Source of the DNA: a virus
Taxonomy: Duplodnaviria; Caudoviricetes
Strand: one strand, 5' to 3'
Length of the DNA stretch: 64,000 nt
IMG/VR virus record: IMGVR_UViG_3300010965_000258
Coordinates: 5,062 to 69,061 of that record
Positions 40,177 through 49,379 of the stretch are shown here, in pieces. The translations under genes and the position numbers were made by a program. A model generated the notes under the pieces. It saw only the letters and a program-made list of their open reading frames with translations. It did not search any database and was not told where the DNA came from. Numbering within the stretch: position 1 is the first letter of the stretch; each line of letters starts with the position of its first letter.

Positions 40177-40876
40177 TATTATTTTCCTTAATATTAAAAA
40201 TAATTTTTTTTACTTCGTGTTCGCCAATTTTATTCCCATTATGGTCAGTTGCATTTCTATAAAACCCAGTCCATTTTCCAGAAAAAATAATCTCTTTTTT
40301 CTTTTTATCATATTCATTCATATCAAACAAAGATGCCATTTTGCTTGAAGGGGCCTCAATAATTAAATTTGAGTTATTCATTTCAGATAAAGATATTGGT
40401 ATTATTGAAAACAGTACCGTTCCAGCTTTAATAGTAATTAATTCATTTGGTTTTGTTATCTTAAAAACACAAGGCATTTGTCCTGGAAAGAATGAGGAAC
40501 TAATGATGGTTGTAAATGGTGAAAGCCCATCTACAAATTCATTTGGCGCACCCATTGTAAGCAGACTTACATTTTTTTCTGTCTTGAAAACAATACCAGT
40601 ATTTAAACTTATTGTTGCATTAGATCTATCTAATGAGATGTACTTCTCTCCAGAAATTATTTTAATGTGACTTTGGTTTGGGGAGGTTATTCCATCCCAT
40701 ATAAAAGATATGTCTTCTGGGAACGACACGCCCCATCCCAAAGAATTTGCTAGAGTGACTGGAAAACAGTGGTATGCATGTCCTTCATATGTTTCGTCCA
40801 TCCATGATCTTTTAAAAGATAATGGATAAATGTCTGCAACATGTTTTTCTATTGGGTATGCATGTACTGTATACAT
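40163..40876 (-). CDS. DUF6065-like protein (tandem paralog)
   Basis: KRSWMD...HAYHCFPVTLANSLGW; both paralogs are 237 aa and collinear. Confidence 0.75.
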   Translation of the reverse strand: MYTVHAYPIEKHVADIYPLSFKRSWMDETYEGHAYHCFPVTLANSLGWGVSFPEDISFIWDGITSPNQSHIKIISGEKYISLDRSNATISLNTGIVFKTEKNVSLLTMGAPNEFVDGLSPFTTIISSSFFPGQMPCVFKITKPNELITIKAGTVLFSIIPISLSEMNNSNLIIEAPSSKMASLFDMNEYDKKKKEIIFSGKWTGFYRNATDHNGNKIGEHEVKKIIFNIKENNNERN

Positions 40877-40891
40877 TAAAATATTTCTAGA

Positions 40892-41557
40892 TTACAGATA
40901 ATCTTTTGTATATCGTTTTTCTATTTCACGATAGTCGGGAGTATGTGGTGCTTCTAAATAATCTAGCATTGTAACTATTGAGTATTTAGTTCCAGATGTA
41001 ACTGGCATCGCTGCATGTGAGTAGATATATGCTGACGGGAAAAGATACAGGTCTCCAGCCTTTGGCTTAATCTTTAAGCCTAGTTTATCAAAAAATAGCT
41101 CTCCGCCTTCGTAGTCATCATTGATATATCCAACAGACGATAATACACAGATGTAAGAATATCCATGGTCAGAGTGAATATCAAAGTGCTGGTCTGGGCC
41201 GTACTTTACAAAATTAAATGACTCCCAATAGTTTAATGGAGCGAGCCCAAACATTCTTCTATAGTCTTCTACTGGCGTAAGTTGGGCTGCCTTTGCATCT
41301 TCCCAAATATTTTCAAGCTTAAGGGTAGCTTCACTTTTGCCAGTTGGGTCATCAACATTTTTTTTAATCTTAAAATCATAACAATCACGGTATTTTTTAT
41401 TTGTATCTCCATATCCAGTCATTGCTTGTTTCCACTGTAACTCAGAAGCATTTTCTGATAGTGTATCTTCAAGTCTATTTATGAGGTCCATTTCTTTTGT
41501 AAATACATTTCTATAGACTAGTATTCCTGGTGCTAGATATTCTGCATTTGGTAACAT
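40892..41557 (-). CDS. 2OG-Fe(II) oxygenase, prolyl-4-hydroxylase-like
   Basis: HSD...YINDDYEGGE...SHAAMPVTSGTKY; start moved to MLPNAE. Confidence 0.9.
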   Translation of the reverse strand: MLPNAEYLAPGILVYRNVFTKEMDLINRLEDTLSENASELQWKQAMTGYGDTNKKYRDCYDFKIKKNVDDPTGKSEATLKLENIWEDAKAAQLTPVEDYRRMFGLAPLNYWESFNFVKYGPDQHFDIHSDHGYSYICVLSSVGYINDDYEGGELFFDKLGLKIKPKAGDLYLFPSAYIYSHAAMPVTSGTKYSIVTMLDYLEAPHTPDYREIEKRYTKDYL

Positions 41558-41558
41558 T

Positions 41559-42179
41559 TTAATTTCCTTTATGATATTGATCATTATAATCTAGCATCGT
41601 GACTAGAGAATATTTGGTGCCGTTGGTTACTGGTAGGGCTGCATGTGAAAATAAATAAGTAGATGGGAATAGATAAAGGTCTCCCTTTTCTGGCTTAATC
41701 TTTAAATTAAAATTATTAAAGTATAGCTCTCCACCATCGTAGCTATCATTAAAATAACCTACTGCTGAAAGCGTACAGACATAAGAGTGGCCGTGATCAG
41801 AGTGTTCGGAAAAATGTTCATTTGGTCCGTATTTAATAAAATTAAATGCTTCCATATAATTCATTTGGATTTTATATTTATTTGAATACTCAGAGATTGG
41901 ATTAACCATTGCATCATAACAATCTTGCCAAATAGAATCGGCCTCAAGCCAATATTTATTTTTGTTTAAAATTGTTGGATCCTTTTTAATTTTAAAATCG
42001 TAGCAGTCACGATAATCTTTTTTTATTGACCTATAGTCTTCTGACGCTACGGAAGGCTTCCAAAAATATGAATTATTTTTGTCCTCTAGCAATGACTCAA
42101 GTCTATTTATTATATCAAGACTCTCTGGCAAGGCATTACGGTAGACCCATATGCCTTTTTCGATTTCGTATGAATTCAT
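41559..42179 (-). CDS. 2OG-Fe(II) oxygenase, prolyl-4-hydroxylase-like (close paralog of 40892-41557)
   Basis: HSD...YFNDSYDGGE...SHAALPVTNGTKY. Confidence 0.9.
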   Translation of the reverse strand: MNSYEIEKGIWVYRNALPESLDIINRLESLLEDKNNSYFWKPSVASEDYRSIKKDYRDCYDFKIKKDPTILNKNKYWLEADSIWQDCYDAMVNPISEYSNKYKIQMNYMEAFNFIKYGPNEHFSEHSDHGHSYVCTLSAVGYFNDSYDGGELYFNNFNLKIKPEKGDLYLFPSTYLFSHAALPVTNGTKYSLVTMLDYNDQYHKGN

Positions 42180-42237
42180 TTTGTTCCACTCTACTTATAG
42201 GTATATAATACCATAACCTTAAATAATATACAATATA

Positions 42238-43719
42238 TTATTCTGATATTTCTGTAGTGTTATCAAATGATAACGTTTTGTCAGTGAAATAGAACGGATG
42301 AGGATCTAGAATTAAGCTGTATACGTAAAACAGACCTTCTTGACTAGATATGGAATCAACATGGACAAATGTATTTTCTTTGTGTGACCATATTGCATCT
42401 CCTTCAACTATTTCTGAGGCTGTGACGAATTTTACGTCTTCCCCTCGAGCAATAACTAAGGCGTGTGATGATGTAAGATATTCTCCATTAATTATTAAGA
42501 TATCATTTTTTTGATGAATTTTTACTTCTGTGACAGTTGTGAATGCTTCTTCTGCATCACGTACATCTTGTGGCAAAAGATCAAGAGTCGATATATCTAA
42601 TGGCTTTGATTTATCTGCAAACATTTCTGTTATTGAAGGTATATTAATAGATTTTAATTTATCTCCAACAACTATATTTTCTGCTCTTGTCAATCCGTTT
42701 TCTGTTAGAACAAGAGTCTCTGGTCCGATTGAAAATGGTGGTGGCCCAAAAAATCTTGGTGGTGAGAAGAATACTGGTGGTGAGAAGAATACTGGCGGGC
42801 CGAAGAATACTGGTGGACCGAAGAATACTGGTGGACCAAAGAATACTGGCGGTGAGAAGAATCCTGGTGGGCTAAAGAATACTGGCGGACCAAAGAATAC
42901 TGGCGGGCTAAAGAACGCTGGTGGTGAGAAGAATACTGGCGGGCTAAAGAACGCTGGTGGTGAGAAGAATACTGGTGGGCTAAAGAACGCTGGTGGGCTA
43001 AAGAACGCTGGTGGGCTAAAGAAAGCTGGTGGGCTAAAGAAAGCTGGTGGTGAGAAGAAAGCTGGTGGTGAGAAGAAAGCTGGTGGACCAAAGAATACTG
43101 GTGGTGCAAAGAATGTTGTAACTGGGCCTACTCGACCTGCTAAACCTTCTCCATTTGCATTTGTTAAAAATACGTCATAGCTCTGTGCTGTTCCTGGCTC
43201 ATTTGTAACATTTTGTGGACTTGCGCCAGATCCTGATTTTGTTGGACTGTCATTAACTGATGCATATCTTCTAGAGGTAATTGCTTTTCCTCCAGTATTT
43301 GCTTCAGCCCATGATAAAACGTCAATTCCATTAACAGAGGATGTTACAGACATTGAAGTAGGTATACCTGGAACTGTTGTTACAGTTGGTGAACTTGAAG
43401 CCTGTACAGCATTTGCTGAGGAATCATAATAAGAGTCATAGGATGAAACTGCATACGTATGAGTAGATCCTGGAGCTAAACCTTCAATAAGTACAGTATT
43501 TGTGCCATAAGCAACTGTTGCCTGCAGAACTCCTGCTTTATATACCTTATACCCTGTTGGGATATTAGATATATCTGTTGGGGCTGTCCAAGAAACTTGT
43601 ATGGCACCGCTTGCGTATGGACGACCTGTTCCTACATCTGTTGCTGTAACATTTGTTACTGGTTTTGGTCCCGTAAAGTTATCTTGAGCAGCTGCTCTTC
43701 TACCTATATTTTTTGACAT
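42238..43719 (-). CDS. FN3 domains + 21x FFxPPx repeat + C-terminal Hint (intein-like) domain
   Basis: N-terminal FN3 (IQVSWTAP...YKVY...LAPGSTHTYAVSS); Hint block A SIGPETLVLTENG...IVVGD, block B LTSSH, block F VYSLIL; GGAG RBS. Confidence 0.85.
   Translation of the reverse strand: MSKNIGRRAAAQDNFTGPKPVTNVTATDVGTGRPYASGAIQVSWTAPTDISNIPTGYKVYKAGVLQATVAYGTNTVLIEGLAPGSTHTYAVSSYDSYYDSSANAVQASSSPTVTTVPGIPTSMSVTSSVNGIDVLSWAEANTGGKAITSRRYASVNDSPTKSGSGASPQNVTNEPGTAQSYDVFLTNANGEGLAGRVGPVTTFFAPPVFFGPPAFFSPPAFFSPPAFFSPPAFFSPPAFFSPPAFFSPPVFFSPPAFFSPPVFFSPPAFFSPPVFFGPPVFFSPPGFFSPPVFFGPPVFFGPPVFFGPPVFFSPPVFFSPPRFFGPPPFSIGPETLVLTENGLTRAENIVVGDKLKSINIPSITEMFADKSKPLDISTLDLLPQDVRDAEEAFTTVTEVKIHQKNDILIINGEYLTSSHALVIARGEDVKFVTASEIVEGDAIWSHKENTFVHVDSISSQEGLFYVYSLILDPHPFYFTDKTLSFDNTTEISE
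42736..43113 (-). repeat. 21 tandem 18-bp coding repeats (FF[SGA]PP[AVGRP])
   Basis: 378 bp = 21 x 18 bp counted unit by unit; synonymous variation between units with the peptide conserved. Confidence 0.97.
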
Positions 43720-43739
43720 ATTATTCTCCTATTTCTCAA

Positions 43740-46205
43740 TTATGCTTTCAAATCTCCAGCTAACAACCAAGTTGTTGCTGCAATCTTTGTTATTGTTACT
43801 GATGAATTTGTTGTTCTTAATGTTTTTCCTGGTGTGGCTAATAGTGTTATTCCACTTTCAACAAAGTTTGCACCTGTTCCAGATGCCTGGTAGAAGGTTA
43901 TAGAAGAACCAATCGAATACTTTGCATTTCCTGTAGCTTCAAAAGTTATTGCTATTGCACCAGCAAGTGGCTGAATAGTATCCCGATTTGATGCTGATGT
44001 TCCAAGTTGATCAAGAGTACAACTTGTTGAAGTAGTTGGTCCAATTGCAGTTAAAGACGGAACGCCTGCTTTGTTTTGAACTCCATCTGTGAATTGTATG
44101 CCTGATGCTGAAACTGTTAGAGTTCCAGTAAATGTTGGTGAAGCAATTGGTGCCTTAGCTGCAAGACCGTTTGTGACAGTTGTTGCAAAGTTTGCGTCAT
44201 CACCAAGTGCTGCTGCAAGCTCATCAAGTGTGTTGAGTGCTGCTGGAGCTGATGCAATTACTGCGTTTACCTGTGCTGTTGCATCTGCAATTGCTTCTGA
44301 TTTAGCTGTAGCAATTGCTGTTGCCTGTGCTGTAGATACTGGCTTAGCTGAATCTGCTGTATTGTCAACATTTGCAAGTCCTACTGAAGACTTTGTAAGT
44401 GCTGCTACTGCAGTTGATACCTTTGTGTCTGCTGCTGTTCCTGCTGCTGCAATTGCTTCAGATTTTGCTGTAGCAACTGTTGTTGCTGTTGCAAGGACTG
44501 AGGTATCTGCAATGCCATGAACTGCAGTTGTGTCAGCGCTGTGTGAACCAATTGCTGAATTTCTATCAGTAACTTCGGTTCCAATTGCTGTGGCTATTGC
44601 AGATGCTGCTTGTCCATTTGCTGTAGAAATTGCATCTGCTTTTGCATCATCTACAAATGTGCGAGTTGCTAATACTGCTGTGTCTGGAGCAAAATTAAGT
44701 GTCCCCGCTGAGTCATTATAAGTCTTTGTTAATCCACTTGACACGCTGATCAGCGCATCAACACGATCATCTACTCTTTCATTTGTAAGATAAAGATTTG
44801 TTGTTCCTTCTGCTAAATTGTCTGTTGTTGAATCAGAAACACCATTTTCTGATGTTATAGTTAAACCATTTTTATCGCCTGTTATAACAATATTTGATTT
44901 AGTTGCTCCAGTCAAGAGACTTGCTGCAAATTCTTTAGTTGCAATCTCTGCAGTGTTAGCAATTCCGTGTACTGATGTAGTAACTGCTGCGTGGTTTGTA
45001 ATTGCAGTATTTCTGTCAGCAACTTCTGCATTAATTGAGCTTGTTATTGCTGTATTTCTATTTGATGTTTCAGTTGAAAGTGCTGCAGTTCTATTTGTTG
45101 TCTCAGTACCAACTGCAGCTGTAATTGCTGCATCTCTGTTTGTAACTTCAGTTGCAATTGAAGAGCTTATTGTTGAATCAACATAAATTTTTCTTGCTGC
45201 GTCATTGTCTGCCACAGGTGCCGCTAAGTTAGTTACCTTATTATCACCAAGCGATATGTTGCCAGACATGGTTCCGCCTGACAAAGATAGCTTTGTTCCA
45301 AGTGAATTAGTAACTGTTGTTGCAAATGAAGCGTCATTTCCTAATGCTGTTGCAAGTTCATTTAATGTGTTTAATGTACTTGGTGACGCTGAAACTAGAT
45401 CGGATACTGCTGTACTTACGGCATCTGTTGCAAAAGCTCTTGTTGCAATTACGGATGTATCTACAACTATTGTGTCTCCTGCGTCATTATAAGTAAGTCC
45501 AGATCCCATGATTGTGCCTACTGCATCTTGAGCTCTTTCATTTGTAAAGTATAAGTTAGTGCCTTCTGCAATATTTGTTGTACTAGCATTTGCTAGAGCA
45601 AATTTTCCATCTAGCTGTGTTTGAATATTTGAGCTTACATTGTCAAGGTATCCAATTTCTGTATCTGAAATATTTGCTACACGAGCTTGAATTGCTGATG
45701 TGTCTACAGAAACAGTTAGTGTGTTTGCTGCATCATCGTAACTCTTTGTAATTCCAGTTCCAGCGACCACTGAGTCGTTGATAGAATCTTGTGCTAGCTC
45801 TGCAATATCTGATATTAATGCTACAGTTCCGCTTGCATTTGGGAGTATAATTGTGCGGTCTGCTGTTGGGTCTGTTACAGATAATGTTGTTTCAAATGCA
45901 TTATTTGTCGTACCCTCAATAATTATAGATGATCCAGGAACCAAAAGGTTGCCAGATGGATCTAATGCTGCTACGCCGTCGGCAACATTTCTATCTGATA
46001 TCTCTACATACTGCGCTAAAGCATTTTGAAAACCTTGTTGGGTTTCATTTATTACAGGTAATGCGCTCCATGTGTTGACGGCATCGCCAACTCTAATTTG
46101 GGATGTATCTGTTTCATATCCCATTTCACCTGCTGCTAATACTGGATTAGCGGCTGTCCATTGAGCCGCTGTTCCTCTTCTTACTTGAATTCTTACTGTT
46201 GACAT
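43740..46205 (-). CDS. fibre protein with Mtd-N-like N-terminal domain
   Basis: RIQVRRGTAAQWTAANPVLAAGEMGYETDT; repeats of AEGTxNLYFTNER and LNTLxELAxALG; A/T-rich shaft. Confidence 0.8.
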   Translation of the reverse strand: MSTVRIQVRRGTAAQWTAANPVLAAGEMGYETDTSQIRVGDAVNTWSALPVINETQQGFQNALAQYVEISDRNVADGVAALDPSGNLLVPGSSIIIEGTTNNAFETTLSVTDPTADRTIILPNASGTVALISDIAELAQDSINDSVVAGTGITKSYDDAANTLTVSVDTSAIQARVANISDTEIGYLDNVSSNIQTQLDGKFALANASTTNIAEGTNLYFTNERAQDAVGTIMGSGLTYNDAGDTIVVDTSVIATRAFATDAVSTAVSDLVSASPSTLNTLNELATALGNDASFATTVTNSLGTKLSLSGGTMSGNISLGDNKVTNLAAPVADNDAARKIYVDSTISSSIATEVTNRDAAITAAVGTETTNRTAALSTETSNRNTAITSSINAEVADRNTAITNHAAVTTSVHGIANTAEIATKEFAASLLTGATKSNIVITGDKNGLTITSENGVSDSTTDNLAEGTTNLYLTNERVDDRVDALISVSSGLTKTYNDSAGTLNFAPDTAVLATRTFVDDAKADAISTANGQAASAIATAIGTEVTDRNSAIGSHSADTTAVHGIADTSVLATATTVATAKSEAIAAAGTAADTKVSTAVAALTKSSVGLANVDNTADSAKPVSTAQATAIATAKSEAIADATAQVNAVIASAPAALNTLDELAAALGDDANFATTVTNGLAAKAPIASPTFTGTLTVSASGIQFTDGVQNKAGVPSLTAIGPTTSTSCTLDQLGTSASNRDTIQPLAGAIAITFEATGNAKYSIGSSITFYQASGTGANFVESGITLLATPGKTLRTTNSSVTITKIAATTWLLAGDLKA

Positions 46206-46253
46206 TTTATTTCTCCCTTAGAAATTATAGCATTTAATCCATATGCAAAGCTA

Positions 46254-46610
46254 TTAGATAGTACCTGGATCGAAGTACATATCAAAATTAGTTGTTGTTG
46301 GGGTCCCGCCGTCTGCGAATTTACTTGTGCCAGATGGATATACTCCATTTGCCTGGACAATATATGTGGGATTGCCATCATAATCTATAGCCAATCCAAT
46401 ATCCATAAAGTTAATTGTTGATGTTGCATCAACAATATCAGCTGTATGTGCAAAGGAGACCCAGGATCCATTTACCTGGATCTTAAGTCTGCCTGTGGTT
46501 GAATCAAAAGCAATTGGGGCACTTCCAATGACTACACCAGTATCAAATGTGGCAGTACCTGCTACATTTAAACCATTTTTAACTCTAAAGTTTTTATCTA
46601 CTGTTGCCAT
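46254..46610 (-). CDS. short fibre-cluster protein
   Basis: N-terminus MATVDKNFRVKNGL is shared with 46681-48420. Confidence 0.7.
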   Translation of the reverse strand: MATVDKNFRVKNGLNVAGTATFDTGVVIGSAPIAFDSTTGRLKIQVNGSWVSFAHTADIVDATSTINFMDIGLAIDYDGNPTYIVQANGVYPSGTSKFADGGTPTTTNFDMYFDPGTI

Positions 46611-46641
46611 TTAAGTTCACGTATCCCCTAATTGTTTTTGG

Positions 46642-46664
46642 TGGGGTTTTTAAAAGGAACCCCA
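46642..46664 (-). terminator. possible intrinsic terminator
   Basis: TGGGGTT / AACCCCA stem between fibre genes, followed by AAAAA on the minus strand, so possibly bidirectional or weak. Confidence 0.4.
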
Positions 46665-46680
46665 TAACCTCGTTATTTAA

Positions 46681-48420
46681 TTATTTAATTAATGTTCCAA
46701 CAACGACAACTTCAGTGTTAGCGTTTGCTGGGGTTACTCTAATTCTTACATCTGATCCAGAATAATCTGCTGTTACTGCAGCTAGCTCTGTTCCGTTTGA
46801 ATATGTAATTCCATATTCAGAAACTGCTACATTGTTAGCTGTATCAAGGGTGACTACTAGGTCTGAAACCTGAGTGTGTACACCATTCTTTACTTTAACT
46901 ATAAACTTAGCGCTTCTATAGTCTGCTGCTACCCATGAGATAGCTGTTGTTGCTGCTGCTGCTGCTGCAATATTTCCAGTTGTTGCGGCAACTTGCTTAG
47001 CAACTGAATTTAACTCAACGGCTGTAAATGAACGAGTTGTTCCGTCTACCGCAGTACGAGCACGAGCATCTGTAAAGTACTGCGCTGTTCCTTCTGCCAC
47101 ATCGTCTGTTGTTAATGCATTCGCTGCAGAGGTTGCTGCTGCTTGGGCTGCATCTGCTGCGGCTTTAACAAATGCTGTAGTTGCAACCTGAGTTGTATCA
47201 GTTCCTGGTGCTGCAGTAGGTGCTGTTGGTGTGCCTGTTAATGCAGGTGAGGCCAAAGGAGCTTTTAGCGCAACATTTGTAATTGTTTCATATGTTGTTG
47301 CAGCTGTTGCGGATGCAAGTTTTGCATCTAAAGCTGTTTGTGTAGCTGTTGAAACTGGCTTGTTAGCGTCAGATGTGTTATCTACGTTGCCAAGACCAAC
47401 CATTGTTGATGTAATACCAGATACTGTTCCAGTAAATGTAGGTGATGCTAGAGGAGCCTTTGTTCCAACAAGAGTTGAAAGGTTTGAAACTGTGTCTGGT
47501 GAATCAGCAAGTGCTTGTGCCAACTCATCAAGAGTGTTTAGAAGTGCTGGTGCTCCATCTACAAGGTTTGATACTGCAGTTCCAATTGCTGTATTACGGT
47601 TTGAAACTTCTGTGTTAATTGCAGCTGTAAGTGCTGAGGCTGCGGTTGCTTCTGCTGCTGCTTGAGCGGCGTCTGCCTCTGCCTTAGCAAATGCTGTGGT
47701 CGCAACCTGAGTTGTATCAGTATTAGGTGCTGCTGTAGGTGCTGTAGGTACACCAGTAAGTGCTGGTGATGCCAGTGGTGCGTATGTTGAAGCTGCTGTT
47801 GCAGACGCAAGCTTTGCGTCTAAAGCTGTTTGTGTTGCTGTTGAAACTGGCTTGTTAGCGTCAGATGTGTTATCTACGTTTGCAAGACCAACATCAGACT
47901 TTGTAATTCCAGTCGGTGTATTAATTACTGGAGAAGTAAGAGTCTTATTAGTAAGTGTCTGTGTATTTGTTGTACCAACTACTGCACCAGTAGCACCGTG
48001 TGCTTCTGTTGCAGATGTATGCGTTGTAAGGTTTCCTGCAACTGTTGCTGAAGAACCTGCTGCATCATATGCTGCGGCTGTTGCATCAAGTGCTCTTTGG
48101 TTTGTAAAGTATAGGTTTGTTCCTTCTGCAAGATCTGCAGTGTCGTGATTTGAAAGACTTGAAACTGTACCAGTTACATTGCCAGTAAGATTACCAACAA
48201 ATGTTGCAGTAATTGTTCCAGCAGCAAAATTGCCTGAGCCATCACGCTTTACAACAGTATTTGCTGTATTTGCTGATGTTGCTGTTCCGCCAATTAAACT
48301 AACAATATAGTCTTGGTCTGCTTGTGCCTTGGTTAGTAAATCATATCCATTTACGGTAGCCGTGCTTCCTTCAACGATAAGACCATTTTTAACTCTAAAA
48401 TTTTTGTTTACTGTTGCCAT
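46681..48420 (-). CDS. repeat-rich fibre protein
   Basis: 579 aa; duplicated VGLxNVDNTSDANKPVSTATQTALDAK and APLASPALTGxPTAPTAA modules; C-terminal YRSAKF...VSEYG domain. Confidence 0.8.
   Translation of the reverse strand: MATVNKNFRVKNGLIVEGSTATVNGYDLLTKAQADQDYIVSLIGGTATSANTANTVVKRDGSGNFAAGTITATFVGNLTGNVTGTVSSLSNHDTADLAEGTNLYFTNQRALDATAAAYDAAGSSATVAGNLTTHTSATEAHGATGAVVGTTNTQTLTNKTLTSPVINTPTGITKSDVGLANVDNTSDANKPVSTATQTALDAKLASATAASTYAPLASPALTGVPTAPTAAPNTDTTQVATTAFAKAEADAAQAAAEATAASALTAAINTEVSNRNTAIGTAVSNLVDGAPALLNTLDELAQALADSPDTVSNLSTLVGTKAPLASPTFTGTVSGITSTMVGLGNVDNTSDANKPVSTATQTALDAKLASATAATTYETITNVALKAPLASPALTGTPTAPTAAPGTDTTQVATTAFVKAAADAAQAAATSAANALTTDDVAEGTAQYFTDARARTAVDGTTRSFTAVELNSVAKQVAATTGNIAAAAAATTAISWVAADYRSAKFIVKVKNGVHTQVSDLVVTLDTANNVAVSEYGITYSNGTELAAVTADYSGSDVRIRVTPANANTEVVVVGTLIK
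47170..47891. repeat. two pairs of intragenic direct repeats (~85-92 bp)
   Basis: 47309-47400 resembles 47799-47891 and 47170-47255 resembles 47690-47774, by visual alignment. Confidence 0.75.
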
Positions 48421-48448
48421 TACTGACTCCTCTTACTGCTTTATTTTT

Positions 48449-49021
48449 TTATGCTTTTAATGCTGTTCTGTAATATCTTACCGTTATTGATCCAGAAACT
48501 GGTGTCACACATAGATTAATTATACCGCTACTTTCTTCAAAAGTAACAGTTGCTAAAGAACTATTTGAATTTGAAACTATATTAGATTCTGATACCTGTA
48601 TGTCTGTTCCGTCGTTTAAAGCAAGTATAGAAGATGAATAGTACAAAGAGCCAGAAGTCTTAGATATCTGTATCTCATACTTTACCGTTCTCCATCCAGC
48701 TTTTGAAAAATAGTCTATGACTGTCTTATTTTCAATTCCAGAGACGACAAGGTCATTGTTTCCTTCAAGACCAAGCAAGGTAGATGCTGCCTCTGCTGAA
48801 TTACCAATTGAGGTAATTTGAGACTCTATAGAACTTACTTTATAGTCTAGCGAATTTGTATCTGCTGATCCATTTACACCAACTTTAGATTGTAGTGCTT
48901 CAATTGCATCATTTTCATTAGCATGTTGCTGTGAGTGTGACGGGCTTGATAATGGATTTGATGAATTTGGATTTGTTAATGTGTCTAGCGAGTTTGGGAA
49001 ATTAGTTGCCAACTGTGCCAC
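48449..49021 (-). CDS. fibre-cluster structural protein
   Basis: MAQLATNFPNSLDTLTNP N-terminus; C-terminal WRTVKYEIQI...VSE domain like that of 46681-48420. Confidence 0.7.
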   Translation of the reverse strand: MAQLATNFPNSLDTLTNPNSSNPLSSPSHSQQHANENDAIEALQSKVGVNGSADTNSLDYKVSSIESQITSIGNSAEAASTLLGLEGNNDLVVSGIENKTVIDYFSKAGWRTVKYEIQISKTSGSLYYSSSILALNDGTDIQVSESNIVSNSNSSLATVTFEESSGIINLCVTPVSGSITVRYYRTALKA

Positions 49022-49376
49022 CGTCCAATAATGTTAAATTTGTTAATGTGGGAGATGCAATATTTGAACTTGCATTTCCACCATCTAAGCCAATTATAGC
49101 AGGTAGAGTTTCTTCAGTTAAAGGTTTATCATTTATAACTGTAAATGTAACTGGATTTGATACATCTATCGTATGAACATCTCCGTCATATGTATGCGTA
49201 TGCATATAGAAAGGTGTTGGGTCTGTACTTGCAGGGGTAACATCAACCCAAATGGCTCCATTATATATTCTAATATTTTTTGTTGTTGTATTAAAATATA
49301 CATCACCTTCAGTACCAGATAAAGGGTTAACTGATAAAGTAAGTAGGTTTAATGGAACCTTCATCTTTCTTGACAT
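49002..49376 (-). CDS. fibre-cluster structural protein
   Basis: EGDVYFNTTTKNIRIYNGAIW motif shared with 49380-50663. Confidence 0.7.
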   Translation of the reverse strand: MSRKMKVPLNLLTLSVNPLSGTEGDVYFNTTTKNIRIYNGAIWVDVTPASTDPTPFYMHTHTYDGDVHTIDVSNPVTFTVINDKPLTEETLPAIIGLDGGNASSNIASPTLTNLTLLDGGTVGN

Positions 49377-49379
49377 AGA

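Noticed and set aside
42736-43113. 18-bp tandem array as a CRISPR or other non-coding repeat
   Set aside because: There are no spacers, and it is in-frame coding sequence.
42530-43180. Plus-strand ORF with GG[L/P/E]KN[T/A] repeats and alternate-frame HQ-rich ORF (42705-43109)
   Set aside because: These are shadows of the 18-bp repeat. Variation is synonymous only in the FFxPPx frame, which also has the RBS and flanking domains.
43740-46205. Diversity-generating retroelement suggested by the Mtd-N-like domain
   Set aside because: No reverse transcriptase and no TR/VR pair with adenine-specific mismatches was seen; Mtd-N is only an anchoring domain.
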